In this document: piece after piece, positions 52,091 through 63,399 of the stretch
How the letters are laid out: the number at the start of each line of letters is the position of its first letter
Position numbering within the stretch: position 1 is the stretch's first letter
Origin: Heterodontus francisci
Taxonomy: Eukaryota
Assembly (NCBI RefSeq): GCF_036365525.1
Contig: NW_027141721.1
Span: forward strand, 248,001-312,000
Reading direction: 5' to 3'
Length of the DNA stretch: 64,000 nucleotides
Position numbers and translations under genes: made by a program
Notes under the pieces: model-generated
Told to the model about the DNA's origin: nothing
Databases searched by the model: none
The model's input: only the letters and a program-made list of their open reading frames with translations

Positions 52091-54109
52091 GCGCCAACCA
52101 TGAATAATGCTTGTGGTTAATCTGCGTATCAGTATCTTTTTATTGACAAACCGCTAACTTATCAATCTCATTTTCAGAAATTATATTCCGATATCCCTAG
52201 GTAGAGCAATCCCCACCTTCCTGGAATGCACTGTCTCATAACTGCATTCAGTTCACGTACTTTGGTCTAACGAAGGCACAGCAGGAATTCCCAGGCGCTG
52301 GGGCCGGGATTTCAGCTGAAACTTGGTCCAACTGGTGGAGGGTCCATCGAGCTGACTGAGACCGTCACTGGTGTCACAGTGAATCTCAACAATAAGGTTT
52401 ATCTGGTATCTCTCAGCTCTGTACTCTCTGAATTAAACTGTGTTGGGTTCTATCACTAAGCTAAACAGGGCACTGGTATGGAAGGCTGCATTCTGAAGAG
52501 GCAGGCTTTGGAATGCAGGATTTGCCAGATGCCAAAAAAACCAGGACACCTCGTTCACCTTCTGGTATCCTTGTAGACCAATAATGTCGTTGTTGATGAT
52601 CATGGCCTTTGTAACCGTAGTTGTTCTGTTCCAGGACGGGTATTCCAGCAATGATGCACAGCATAAAGCTGCTGGATTGGCGGAAAGAGCCACCTGGATC
52701 ATTGATATCCTTTAGGGAAGGAATTTTGCCTCCCACACCCAGTCTGGACTCTCAGTGACTCCAGACCCCGGCAGCAGTGCTGTTCACCCTTCACTGCCCT
52801 GAGGAATGGGCCTAGTAAGCCACGCAGTTGCATTCAAGAAGAAGTCTGCTCAAGAGCGTTTAGACTTGGGAATAAACGTGGCCCTCGCCAGCCCTCATCC
52901 CGTAACAGAACAGAAATAAACCAATTGCGGTGACTTGATCTACAACAGGGCCCAGGCATGAGGTGTGGAAAGCACCAAAATGTCAGGCCCAAAGTCCCTG
53001 TTCCTCCCAAGCAGGCAGCTCTTGGCACATGTCATGTCTCAAATTAATCATCGACTGCATCCCAAAAAAGTTCCTCACTGAAGGAAATCTATCAAATCTG
53101 GATTTGGATGGATCAATACCACGGGGCAAACACAGTCTTAGGGCCCCTATTGAAAAAGGAATGACCGGTGTCTCATTGACATACTTCCACATGTCATGGT
53201 AAATCTCTTCAACACTGACCTGTTCAGATGATAACCAGCCTGCTCTTGACAGAATTCCCTGGTGTACCGGGAGGAATTTGTCCCAGGGCAATTCCTACTC
53301 CAACACAGCCATATAAGTAGGGTTTGCTTGACTGGAACCCTGTCTGCAGTGAGAATGCACCCATAGAGATAACAGATAAGGCTCACCGACTCCCAATAGC
53401 TTTGTTGTCACGCTTCATATGCCAAAGGGTGGAGAATAGTTTTACTTTTCTTAAATAAAGGAAATGATGTCAAGTTGTTCCTTTCTGATCTGTCCACATT
53501 GTAGCATCACAGAAAGATTCAACACAAAGGAGATCATACCGCCTCTGCTTGCTTTTGTGAAAATATCTATCCAGTTAGTCCCACTTTCCTGCCCTTTTGC
53601 CCTAGTCCTGGAAATCTTCTGCTCCAAGGATCTATCCAATTCCCTTTTGAAAGCTGAATCCCATTCCACTGCCCTTTCAGGCGATGTGTTCCAGATCATT
53701 AATACCCGTCCCACTCAGAATCTTTCTCCTCGTCCCGCTTCTGCTTCTTTTGCCACTGACCCTAAATCTGCGCCTCCCTGGTTAGCGACCTTCCTGCCAC
53801 AGAAAACAGCTTCTCCCTGTTCAATTTATCAAAACCCTTCCTGATTTCCAACACAACCTTCCTCTGGGTCCCTTAACTTTCTCTGCTCTGATTATAATTC
53901 ATTCCGATCACCTGGAAATTGCACTGAAATCGATAAACTTCCCTTATCAAGATCTGGTTTGGCCTGTAACTGGCTTCAGGGTTTGCCATGACGAGACTTC
54001 ATGGTCAAATGAAACACGGGTTAGACCGGAAGAGAAAGATAATATTTTAGACCGTATGTGATGACACAATGACCTGACACTGCAAACGCGCAGGAACCAC
54101 TTACATCAG

Positions 54110-54800
54110 AACATTAGAAAATAGGAGCAGGAGTAAGCCATTCGGCCCGTCGAAACTGCTCCTCCACGTAATGTAGATCTTGAGGATCTGCTACCTTTAC
54201 TCCACTTTCCCGCCATATTCCTACATCCACGGATTCCCTTGGTGCCTAAAATCTATGGATCTCATGTCTTCAATATTCTCAATGACTGAGAATCCAAAGC
54301 TCTCTGAATTCCAAAGAGTCATAACCCTCTGAGTGAAGACATTCCTCCTCATCTAAGTACGATAGATGGACCCCTTATCTTGAAGATTCGACTCCTTATT
54401 TCTAGGTTCTCTAGCCAGGGGGGAAGCAGCCTCTCAGTGTGTACCATGTCAAACCCGCTCATAATCTTGTACGTTTCAAATGGATCACCTCTGATTCCAG
54501 ACAATAACTGCCCATTCGACTCAATTTCTCCTCATTGGGCAGCCTTCTCCTCCTTGGAACCAATTGAGTGAACCTTCGTTGCAACCTCCTCTAAGGCAAA
54601 TACATGCTTCCGTAGATAAGGAGAGCAACACTCTACACAACACTAAAGGTGTGTTGTTACCAAAGTCCGAACTCGCTGCAGAAAGATTTCCTTACTCTTA
54701 TGTTTCAAACGCCTTACAATAAAAGCTAACATGCTACTCGCATTCCTAATTCCTTGCTGCACATTGATGTAAAATTGCTCTGATTCATATACACGGGTCC
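54110..54800 (-). mobile_element. Degraded CR1 LINE 3' fragment
   Basis: CR1-type 3' UTR and peptide ASSMLAFIVRRLKHKSKE. Confidence 0.7.
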
Positions 54801-55474
54801 CTCTTGCAATATCAATAATGGGAAGAATGTTGTCATTGAAATTACTCACCCTGTTTCTCGACCACTTTTGCTGCAACCCCAGATATTTTCAGATTGGACT
54901 GAAGTTCCCGAAATCTACAACATTCCGTCATTTCTTTTCTTTAGCTTTTATGAAGTGGAAGACTTTTAATGGGCTCCTGACGGTAAGATGTCCTCCAGCC
55001 TTTACGGATTCGAGATGCTGTGCACATTTCCAACCTCCATTATGCCAGTGGAGTCGAAAGTGAGTTCCTTAGCTGATGTGTTCTCTGATGATTGAAGCAA
55101 AATTGCAGGGACGCAGATCAGAAGTCTTTTCCACGTGCCAACAAGATAGTAACCCTTTACTTGCAGGGTCCAAGATCGAGCAGCGTGATAAAACTGCCGG
55201 TTGGCACCCTGTCTCGAAATTCCAATGTGAGGTGAATGCACATAACCAGGAATGAATTCCAACTGATGCATCTTAGATCCAATAGTGTTAGTGGAGGGGT
55301 TGCGGGGGTGGGGAGTTTCGCTCCATTTGTCACGATCTGGTCATCTTTGCACATGGCAATAAATAATCCGACATCTCACTGGAAGTAGGTAGCATTGATC
55401 ATACTCGGACTGCGACTCCTTTACGTCAGATGGATGATCCAAATGATGAATGGTGATGAAAATTCCCTCTGCGG

Positions 55475-55580
55475 CCGCCAGAGGGCGCGATCACTCGCTG
55501 AATGGAAATTCATTGTCTCTCCATCTGATCGAATCCTATTTGCAGCCACAAGTTCTGCGGAGAACTGCGCCATCTCCTGG
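55475..55580. promoter_or_regulatory. Pair of oppositely oriented CTCF-like motifs between V and D
   Basis: CCGCCAGAGGGCGC (+, 55475-55488) and CCAGGAGATGGCGC (-, 55567-55580). Confidence 0.7.
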
Positions 55581-56909
55581 TGGAAACTGAGAATGACCAA
55601 ACAATCTGTTTTAGTTAAGTTGGTTTAGGGATGTCTATTGCCCCAGATAATCCTCCAGAATGCTCCTGTTATTCTCCGAAATAGTGGCTATGGGATCATT
55701 CCCGTCTGCAGTCGGGACCTCGTTTTAACATCTCAGCCAAAATAAAGAGAGTACCTCGGTGCTACACCTCCACACGGTGCAGCACTTTCTCTGTCCTGCA
55801 CTGGGAGTGTCATCCTAGATTTTATGCTTAAATCATGGTGCGGGGACTTAAACCCACAAACCTCTGACTCAGTGCCGAGGTACTCCCCACTAAACCACGG
55901 CTGATATATAAAGACACATCAGAGGAAGTGGTCAGTCATACAGGGTGCTTTGAGGTTCTCCCATCTGTAGAGATGATGAATACTGCATGGCATTTTGAAA
56001 CAACCAGCACTCTGTAGACTAATCAGGAAACCAAGAGTCGGATACACATTTTTTGATGAGGTAACAGAGAGGGTTAATGAGGGTATTGCGGTTGATGTGG
56101 TGTACATGAACTTCAAAAAAAGCGTTTGATAAAGTACTTCATAACAGGCTTGTCAGCAAAGATAAAGCCCATGCAATAAAAGGGGCATTATCAACATGGA
56201 TACAAAGCAACATGGAACAGAGTAGTGGTAAACAGTTGGTGTTCATTCTGAAGGAAGGTATATAGTGGGGTTCTCCAGGGACCACTGCTTGTCTTGATCG
56301 ATATTAATAACATAGACTTGCGTGTGCAGGGCACATTTGCAAACTTTGCAGCATTGTGAACCGTGAGGAGGATGGTGATAGATTTTAAGAGGACGTTACA
56401 TCAAGCGACAACATACAAGTGCTGAAAACTATAGCAACAGGACGCGAAATCCCGGTCGTGACAAATTCGAATCAAATTTTCAGTGAATGCAGAGTTTAAT
56501 TCGTCTCCCCCCGTGGAAGAAACGTCAAGCGAAACTGCCGACAGAGTCCGTTTCTGGAAGACATGTTCCAAGTCCCAAACCTCCTGTTCACAGGTCAGCA
56601 CGAGCGTGTAATTAAACAGCTGCAGTTTGCATTTATGTAGCGACTTCACCGTCCCGAGATAAACGGCCCGAAGAGTGTAAATCTGCCAACTATTTGACAC
56701 AGAGTTACAGCAGAAATTGTTACGAGGTGTGGGCCAAAGCTGGGAAGATTTGGAGGAGAGAGATGTGGAGGGGGTTTGGGAGGGAATGGCAGACCTGAGG
56801 TCGCTGTCAGAGGAAGGAACGGCTGTGAAATGAAGAAGCGATTAGGATTAGTGGAGCAATAGCGCCACCTACCGCCCATCGATCACCAATGCAGCTAATT
56901 TCGTTAATT

Positions 56910-57720
56910 CAGTACTGAGGGAGTGCTGCATTGTTGGAGGGTCAGTACTGAGGGAGTGCTGCACTGTTGGAGAGTCAGTACTGAGGGAGTGCTGCACCAT
57001 CAGATGGTCAGCACTGAGGGAGTGCTGCACTGTCCGAGGGTCAGTACTGAGGGAGTGCTGCATGTCAGAGTGTCAGTACTGAGGGAGTGCTGCACTGTCA
57101 GAGGGTTAGTACTGAGGTAATGCTGCACTGTCAGAGGGTCAGTACTGAGGGAGCACTGCACTGGCAGAGTGTCTGTACTGAGAGAGTGCTGCATGACAGA
57201 GTGTCTGTACTGAGGGATTGCAGCACTGTCAGAGGGTCAGTACTGAGGGAGTGCTGCTCTGTCACAGTGTCAGTACTGAGGGAGTGCTGCACTGTCAGAG
57301 TGTCAGTACTGAGAGAGTGCTGCACTGTCAGAGGGGCAGTACTGAGGGAGTGCTGCACTCTCAGATGGTCAGTACTGAGGGAGTGCTGCACTGTCAGTGG
57401 GTCAGTACTGAGGGAGTGCTGCACTGTCTGAGTGTCAGTACTGAGGGAGTGCTGCACTGTCAGAGTGTCAGTACTGAGAGAGTGCTGCACTGTCAGATGG
57501 TCAGTACTGAGGGAGTGCTGCACTGTCTGAGTGTCCGAACTGAGGGAGTGCTGCACTGTCAGAGGGTCAGTACTGAGGGAGTGCTGCACTGTCAGAGGGT
57601 CAGTACTGAGGGAGTGCTGCACTGTCAGAGGGTCAGTACTGAGGAAGTGATGCACTGTCCGAGGGTCAGTACTGTGGGAGTGCTGCACTCTCAGACGGTC
57701 AGTGCAGAGGGAGTGCTGAA
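56910..57720. repeat. 33-bp minisatellite, about 24 units
   Basis: Unit AGAGGGTCAGTACTGAGGGAGTGCTGCACTGTC. Confidence 0.95.
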
Positions 57721-59248
57721 TTTGCACCTGAGATTTTAAACCAGCGACTGGTCTGCCTTCTCAGGTGAGACACACTATACCCCTTGGACTGTGTCCTGAG
57801 GCAAATCGCAAAGAAACATGCCATTCGGCCCAACACATGCATGCTGGCGTTCATCCTCCACACGAGCTTCCTCGCTCCCGTCTTCATCTCACCCCATCAG
57901 TAGATCCTTCCAAATCTCCCCCACCCCCATTTGTTTATCCAGATTCCCTCTTGAATACATCTCCGCTATTCACCTATCCAACTCCCTACTTCCTCCCACT
58001 CTCTGGGTAAAGAGGTTTCTCCTGAATTCCCGATGTTATTTATTAGTGACTATCTTTCTATTGATGGTTCGGAGTTCCTGACTCCCCCACAAGTGAAAAC
58101 ATCTTTTGCACGTCAACCCTATCAAAAACTCTTTCATAATCTTAAATCCATCCATCAGATCACCCTTCAGCCTTCTCTTTACAGCCCTTCCTGATAATTA
58201 TAACCTCTCAGTTCTGATATCATCCTTGTCATTACTTTTTTGCCGCTTCTCCTGTATCTCTATATCTCTTTAAAATGAATACCAGAACTGTGAAAAGTGC
58301 TCGAACTGTGGCCTAAGCTAGATTCAATACAAGTTTAACATGACTTCTCATCGCTCTATAATGTCCAGGGAACATTTAGAAGCAGCAATAGATTCCTACT
58401 TTGTGCCATGTTTGCAAAAGGACAAAGGGAAATGTACTTACTTTGATGACTCCATAATCGCCTTTCTTTGAAAATGTTTTGTGTCCATATCCCAATCCTT
58501 CATTCAATGTCCGCCTTTATTGTTAGAAATTCTTTGAACCTCTTGAACCCAGAACCTCGCGTTACCTTCATCTGAAGAGCAAGCAGCATCAGAACCGAAC
58601 AAAAGAGGAAAACCCTCAATGTTAGAGTTGAGGACCAGGTGCATGGGCGATGGCTGTTGGTGTGCAGACAGATCAGCTGAAATGATAACAGCACCGCAAC
58701 AGAACACCTGGGAACTTGCACACCCCTGGTTTGGCAGACCTGGGACTCTCTCAGTGATAGGTGAAGAGATTGCAGTGTACACGATTTACTGTATACATTA
58801 AGTGTGTTCTGTTTGAGGACCCGTAGCCGGTGCTTCCTGAGATCCTGCAGGTTGTGGAGGGACAATGCAGGTAAAGAAAAGGGTAAGGAACGGAGGCAGA
58901 GATTGGGATAAGGGGTGCAACAGAGGGAAGGAATTNNNNNNNNNNNNNNNNNNNNNNNNNNNNNNNNNNNNNNNNNNNNNNNNNNNNNNNNNNNNNNNNN
59001 NNNNNNNNNNNNNNNNNNNNNNNNNNNNNNNNNNNNNNNNNNNNNNNNNNNNNNNNNNNNNNNNNNNNNNNNNNNNNNNNNNNNNNNNNNNNNNNNNNNN
59101 NNNNNNNNNNNNNNNNNNNNNNNNNNNNNNNNNNNNNNNNNNNNNNNNNNNNNNNNNNNNNNNNNNNNNNNNNNNNNNNNNNNNNNNNNNNNNNNNNNNN
59201 NNNNNNNNNNNNNNNNNNNNNNNNNNNNNNNNNNNNNNNNNNNNNNNN

Positions 59249-59870
59249 GTCTTCCACCTGTTTCTGTGTAACAGACTGGAGAGGGGCTGAATGCCCTCTT
59301 CCTGTTCCTGTGGAACAGACTGGAGAGGGGCTGAATGTCCTCCTCCTGTTCCTGTGTAACAGACTGGAGAGGGGCTGAATGCCCTCCTCCTGTTCCTGTG
59401 TAGCAGGCTCTAGAGGGGCTGAATGTCCTGCTCCTATTCCTGTGCAACAGACTGGAGAGGGGCTGAATGTCCTCCTCCTGTTTCTGTGTAACAGACTGGA
59501 GAGGGACTGAATGTCCTCCTCCTGTTTCTGTGTAACAGACTGGAGAGGGGCTAAATGGCCTCCTCCTGTTCCTGTGAAACACAATGGAGAGGGGCTGAAT
59601 GTCCTCCTCCTGTTCCTGTGTAGCAGGCTCTAGAGGGACTGAATGTCCTCCTCCTGTTCCTGCGTAACAGACTGGAGAGGGGCTGAATGCCCACCTCCTG
59701 TTCCTGTGTAGCAGGCTCTAGAGGGGCTGAATGTCCTCCTCCTGTTCCTGCGTAACAGACTGGAGAGGGGCTGAATGCCCTCCTCCTGTTCCTGTGTAGC
59801 AGGTTCTAGAGGGGCTGAATGTCCTCCTCCTGCGAATGTGAAACAGCTTTGAGAGGTTCTGAATGGCCTC
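59249..59870. repeat. 44-bp minisatellite, at least 13 units, adjoining a gap
   Basis: Unit ACAGACTGGAGAGGGGCTGAATGTCCTCCTCCTGTTCCTGTGTA. Confidence 0.93.
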
Positions 59871-59984
59871 GAATTGTGCTCCGAAGGTCTAAGTAAACTT
59901 CAGCACCTCAGTCTCAACTGCCGTCACCAGGTGAAACCCTCGGGAGCCGTTTAAGCGGATAGGAAATGTAAATTTCGTGTTCCG

Positions 59985-60012
59985 CTTTTTTGTATGAGTG
60001 TCTATCACCGTG
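59985..60012 (-). other. 5' D-beta 12-RSS
   Basis: On the + strand: CTTTTTTGT, 12 bp, CACCGTG. Confidence 0.93.
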
Positions 60013-60025
60013 GGGACAGCAGGGA
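60013..60025 (+). CDS. TRBD: TCR beta D segment GGGACAGCAGGGA
   Basis: Flanked by 12-RSS and 23-RSS; begins with the conserved GGGACAG; open in all three frames (GTAG, GQQG, DSR). Confidence 0.96.
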
Positions 60026-60064
60026 CACGGTGATAAAATCCAATGCAACCTCCGTACAAAAACC
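60026..60064 (+). other. 3' D-beta 23-RSS
   Basis: CACGGTG, 23 bp, ACAAAAACC. Confidence 0.95.
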
Positions 60065-60547
60065 TCGTTCAACACACCTGGTGGAGGATCAGCAGAAGAG
60101 CAGTGACAACAGAGTAAAGGAGTCAACATGGCCCTGGATTATGGCGGGAACAGGGCCGTTTTTATTATAAAGATGTCTCAGAATGGTCCAGCCTTATAAC
60201 CTGGAATATTCCTCTGGAAAATAGAATAACTGTGTCATTTGTGTGGAAACTGGTTACTCTTTAACCTTTAAACCCCACCCTGGTGTCCTGGGACCAATAT
60301 TGATCCCTCAACCAACATCACAAAGAATGATGTGCTCATTAATCTCATTGCTGTTTGATGGGACTTCCTTGGTACAATATCAGTTGCTGCGTCTCCCTGT
60401 GTGACTACTTCCTAAACAAACTGCTTCATTGGCTGTAAGCTGCTTTCTGTGTCCTGATTGTCTTGACCAGTGCTTCCTAAATGCTGAGCAGGTCACTTTT
60501 AGCAATCAGTTTCTGACCGGGTTGATGTAACGTGATCTGCTGACGTG

Positions 60548-60598
60548 CTACCAACACACCACTCAACTTCGGGACCGGCACCAAACTGACAGTGATAG
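60548..60598 (+). CDS. TRBJ: J segment J1 (TNTPLNFGTGTKLTVI)
   Basis: FGxG motif, GTAAG donor; RSS GGTTGATGT 60520-60528, 12 bp, TGACGTG 60541-60547. Confidence 0.92.
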
Positions 60599-60839
60599 GT
60601 AAGATAATGGGGCGTTTTTCCCCCACTCCCTTCATGTCCAGCTGTTTGTATTCCAAGCTTATTCCCCCCAACTCTCCGCGGGCGGTTTAAAAAGTCAGGC
60701 TGATGACACTGGCCCTTCTTTCTGGTTTGCAAAGACCAGTCCAATATGACCCTGGCCTCTAAACCACCCCGTCCTGTCTCGTTCAGTTACAAGGGGAACA
60801 TCTCCCGGGTCTGTTCATGACTGAGTTTAGAGCATCGTG

Positions 60840-60887
60840 CAAAAGACATAGCTTACTTCGGCGATGGGACCAAGTTGACAGTTTTGG
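60840..60887 (+). CDS. TRBJ: J segment J2 (KDIAYFGDGTKLTVL)
   Basis: FGxG motif, GTAAG donor; RSS TGTTCATGA, 12 bp, CATCGTG 60833-60839. Confidence 0.9.
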
Positions 60888-61520
60888 GTAAGGTGACTCT
60901 GTATTTCTGTTCCTCCTATCGATCAGAATCTATATCTAGTTAAAAAATCACCAGGAGTAATGTTCAGATATGAGATACATTAAAGGGTTAACTCATGAGG
61001 ACTGGTTACTCAGACTAAGCTGACAGTCCCTCGAATATAGAACATTAAGGGCTGATATAATGGAGGGGTTTGAGGTGTTGGATAGATAGAGAGAGAAACT
61101 GCTTTCTCACGTTGGGGAGTGTCCAGAACAATTTAAATTATCACCTTTCAGGGGTGATATCAGGAAGCACTTCTTCACACAAAGGGTAGTGGAAATCAGG
61201 AACTCTCTCCCCCTCCTTCTCTCCCCAAAACAATCTGTTGAGACTGGGGGTCAATTGATAAATTCAAATCCAAGATTGATCGACCTGTGTAAAACAAAAA
61301 TATTGAGGGTTGCAGAACCAAGGAGGGATGATGGAGTTAAGATTCAGATCAACCCTGAAATAACTGAATGGTGGAACAGGCTCGAAGGGCTGAATGGCCA
61401 CCTCCTGTCCCCATGTTCCTACGACCTGTACGGTCATTTACATAATAGGAACTTCAATGGAACAGAATTAACAATCTAAGGGGATTGGGGGGGATTTTGT
61501 GACAGCCCCATACCAGTGTG

Positions 61521-61570
61521 CTCCAATACCGAAGAATATTTCGGAGATGGGACCAAACTGGTGGTTTTAG
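61521..61570 (+). CDS. TRBJ: J segment J3 (SNTEEYFGDGTKLVVL)
   Basis: FGxG motif, GTGAGT donor; heptamer CAGTGTG 61514-61520, nonamer (G)GATTTTGT(G) at 12-13 bp. Confidence 0.93.
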
Positions 61571-61869
61571 GTGAGTGAATGCATTCCTAATACTGGAAAA
61601 GTTGATTCAATTTGGTAATTCACGTGGGATGGTCGAGGGGGTGAAAATGTAGAACTTTGGTGAATTAATTTCAATTCTTCAGCTTACAAGGGGAGACCTA
61701 CAACTGCCGAATTCGTTTCACTGTAGGGAAGGGGTTTGAGTGGATACATAAGGGAGGGTCGCTAAAAGAAACAGAACAAACAGCAATGTAGATACAAATA
61801 GAATGATTGCGCTTGTGAGAGCAAAACAAGAGGACACAGACAAAGAACGAAAAATGTCAGATTGCATCG

Positions 61870-62970
61870 TTCAGTATGCAGTTCTGGTCTGCATATTATA
61901 AAATAAATGATGTAGAGGCTCTGGATAAGGTAAAACAAAACAGATTAACAGCTGTGCTGCCCAAACTGGGACGTTGTAACTATTGGGGAAGGTCGGACAG
62001 ACTGGAACTCCTTTCTCGAGAGCAGTGAAGTTTGAGGGGTGACCTGGTCGAGGTCTGCACGATTTTGAAAGCGGTTTCGATAGGGTAGACACACCGAAGT
62101 TTTTTCCACTTGTGGGGAGACCAGAACGGGGGGGATCATAAATGTCAGATAGTCAGTAATAAATTCAATAGGGAATTCAGGAGAAATTTCTTTACCCAGA
62201 CAGTGGTGCGAATGTGGAACTCACAACCACAAGGAGTGGGTTTAAAAAAGTAGATTGGATAAAAAAAAAAATGGATTAAATGAAGGGGATGAGAGGAGTC
62301 TCAATGGAGTGCAAACACTGGAATGGAGCAGATGGGCTGAATGGCCTGTTTGTGTGTTGTAAATTCTATGTAATTCTATATATTCCCTCTTGGCCTCGAG
62401 CAGCAATGGATGAAACCATTTTGAGACACACTATTTTCAAGTTACTAATCGAACTGGTGAGCTATCCATATCCAGTGGACAATGAGGTGTCAAGGGCCCC
62501 ATGAGCTTTCCTCATTCACCAGGATAATACCGGTATTAAAAGAGTTTAATTTATGACGATGTGTTGTTTAAAGTAGGGTTGCAGTAAATTGAGAATTGGA
62601 GATTCAGGGGTGATCCAATTGATGTGTTTAAGATAATGATAGGATCTGATATTTCCTCTGGTGTGACGGGTCCAGAACAAGAGAGCAAAACCTTACACTG
62701 ATAGCTAGACCATTCAGGAATGATGTCAAGAAGGACTTGTTTACAAAATGCCCTGTGGAATCCAGAAATCTCTCCCACAGAAAGCTGAGGGAGTCAGTCG
62801 AAAATTTCAAATGTGTGGTTGATGATTTTTTGATCGGCAAAGATGCTAAAGGTTATGGAACCAAGAAGGCAGGTCGAAGGCGTTAAGGTACAATTGATTT
62901 ATAATCTAATTAAATGTCGGAATAAGCACGAAGGGCTGAATGGTCTACTCCTGTTCCCCAGTTGCTATGT
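61870..62970 (+). mobile_element. Two degraded CR1 3' fragments within the J cluster (another at about 60950-61420)
   Basis: GTTTGAGGGGTGACCTG, TTCAGGAGAAATTTCTTTACCCAG, and 3' end GGGCTGAATGG(T/C)CT..CCTGTTCC. Confidence 0.7.
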
Positions 62971-63081
62971 TCCTTTGGACAAAATTTCCTTATACTTGTA
63001 GGTTCTCCCTTATTATGAGGGGCTCCTTTGGAAAAGGACTCAAAGACAGGTGATGTTTTAATACATGAGTTTATCATTGTG

Positions 63082-63131
63082 CTCTGGTGAGATTTATTAT
63101 TTCGGAGCTGGGACGAAACTCACTGTTTTAG
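63082..63131 (+). CDS. TRBJ: J segment J4 (SGEIYYFGAGTKLTVL)
   Basis: RSS TGTTTTAAT, 12 bp, CATTGTG 63075-63081; GTAAG donor. Confidence 0.93.
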
Positions 63132-63342
63132 GTAAGATTATGTTTGCACATGTAGATATTTATATATGTAAACATCTATTTTCATCTGTAAGTCTTTCTA
63201 TTTCTTTATCTATCAATGGACCTATCTATTTGTTGGTCTGTGGATCCATCTGTCTGTCTGTTTGTCCATCTACTTATCTATTTGTCTGTCCATACATCTG
63301 TCTACCCATCGTTGTATTTTGGTATTGTTGTTTAGTTCAGTG

Positions 63343-63399
63343 CGGGCGGGTATACCAACCTGCTACATTTTGGGGACGGGTCCACGTTGACGATTTTGG
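63343..63399 (+). CDS. TRBJ: J segment J5 (GGYTNLLHFGDGSTLTIL)
   Basis: RSS TATTTTGGT, 12 bp, TTCAGTG 63336-63342; GTGAGT donor. Confidence 0.87.

Noticed and set aside
56910-57720. 33-bp and 44-bp repeat arrays as CRISPR, or their long ORFs as proteins
   Set aside because: Head-to-tail tandem units without unique spacers in vertebrate DNA; the ORFs arise because the 33-bp unit lacks stops
61440-61482. NFNGTELTI peptide as a pseudo-J segment
   Set aside because: Lacks FGxG spacing, a splice donor and a recognisable RSS; ends in a stop
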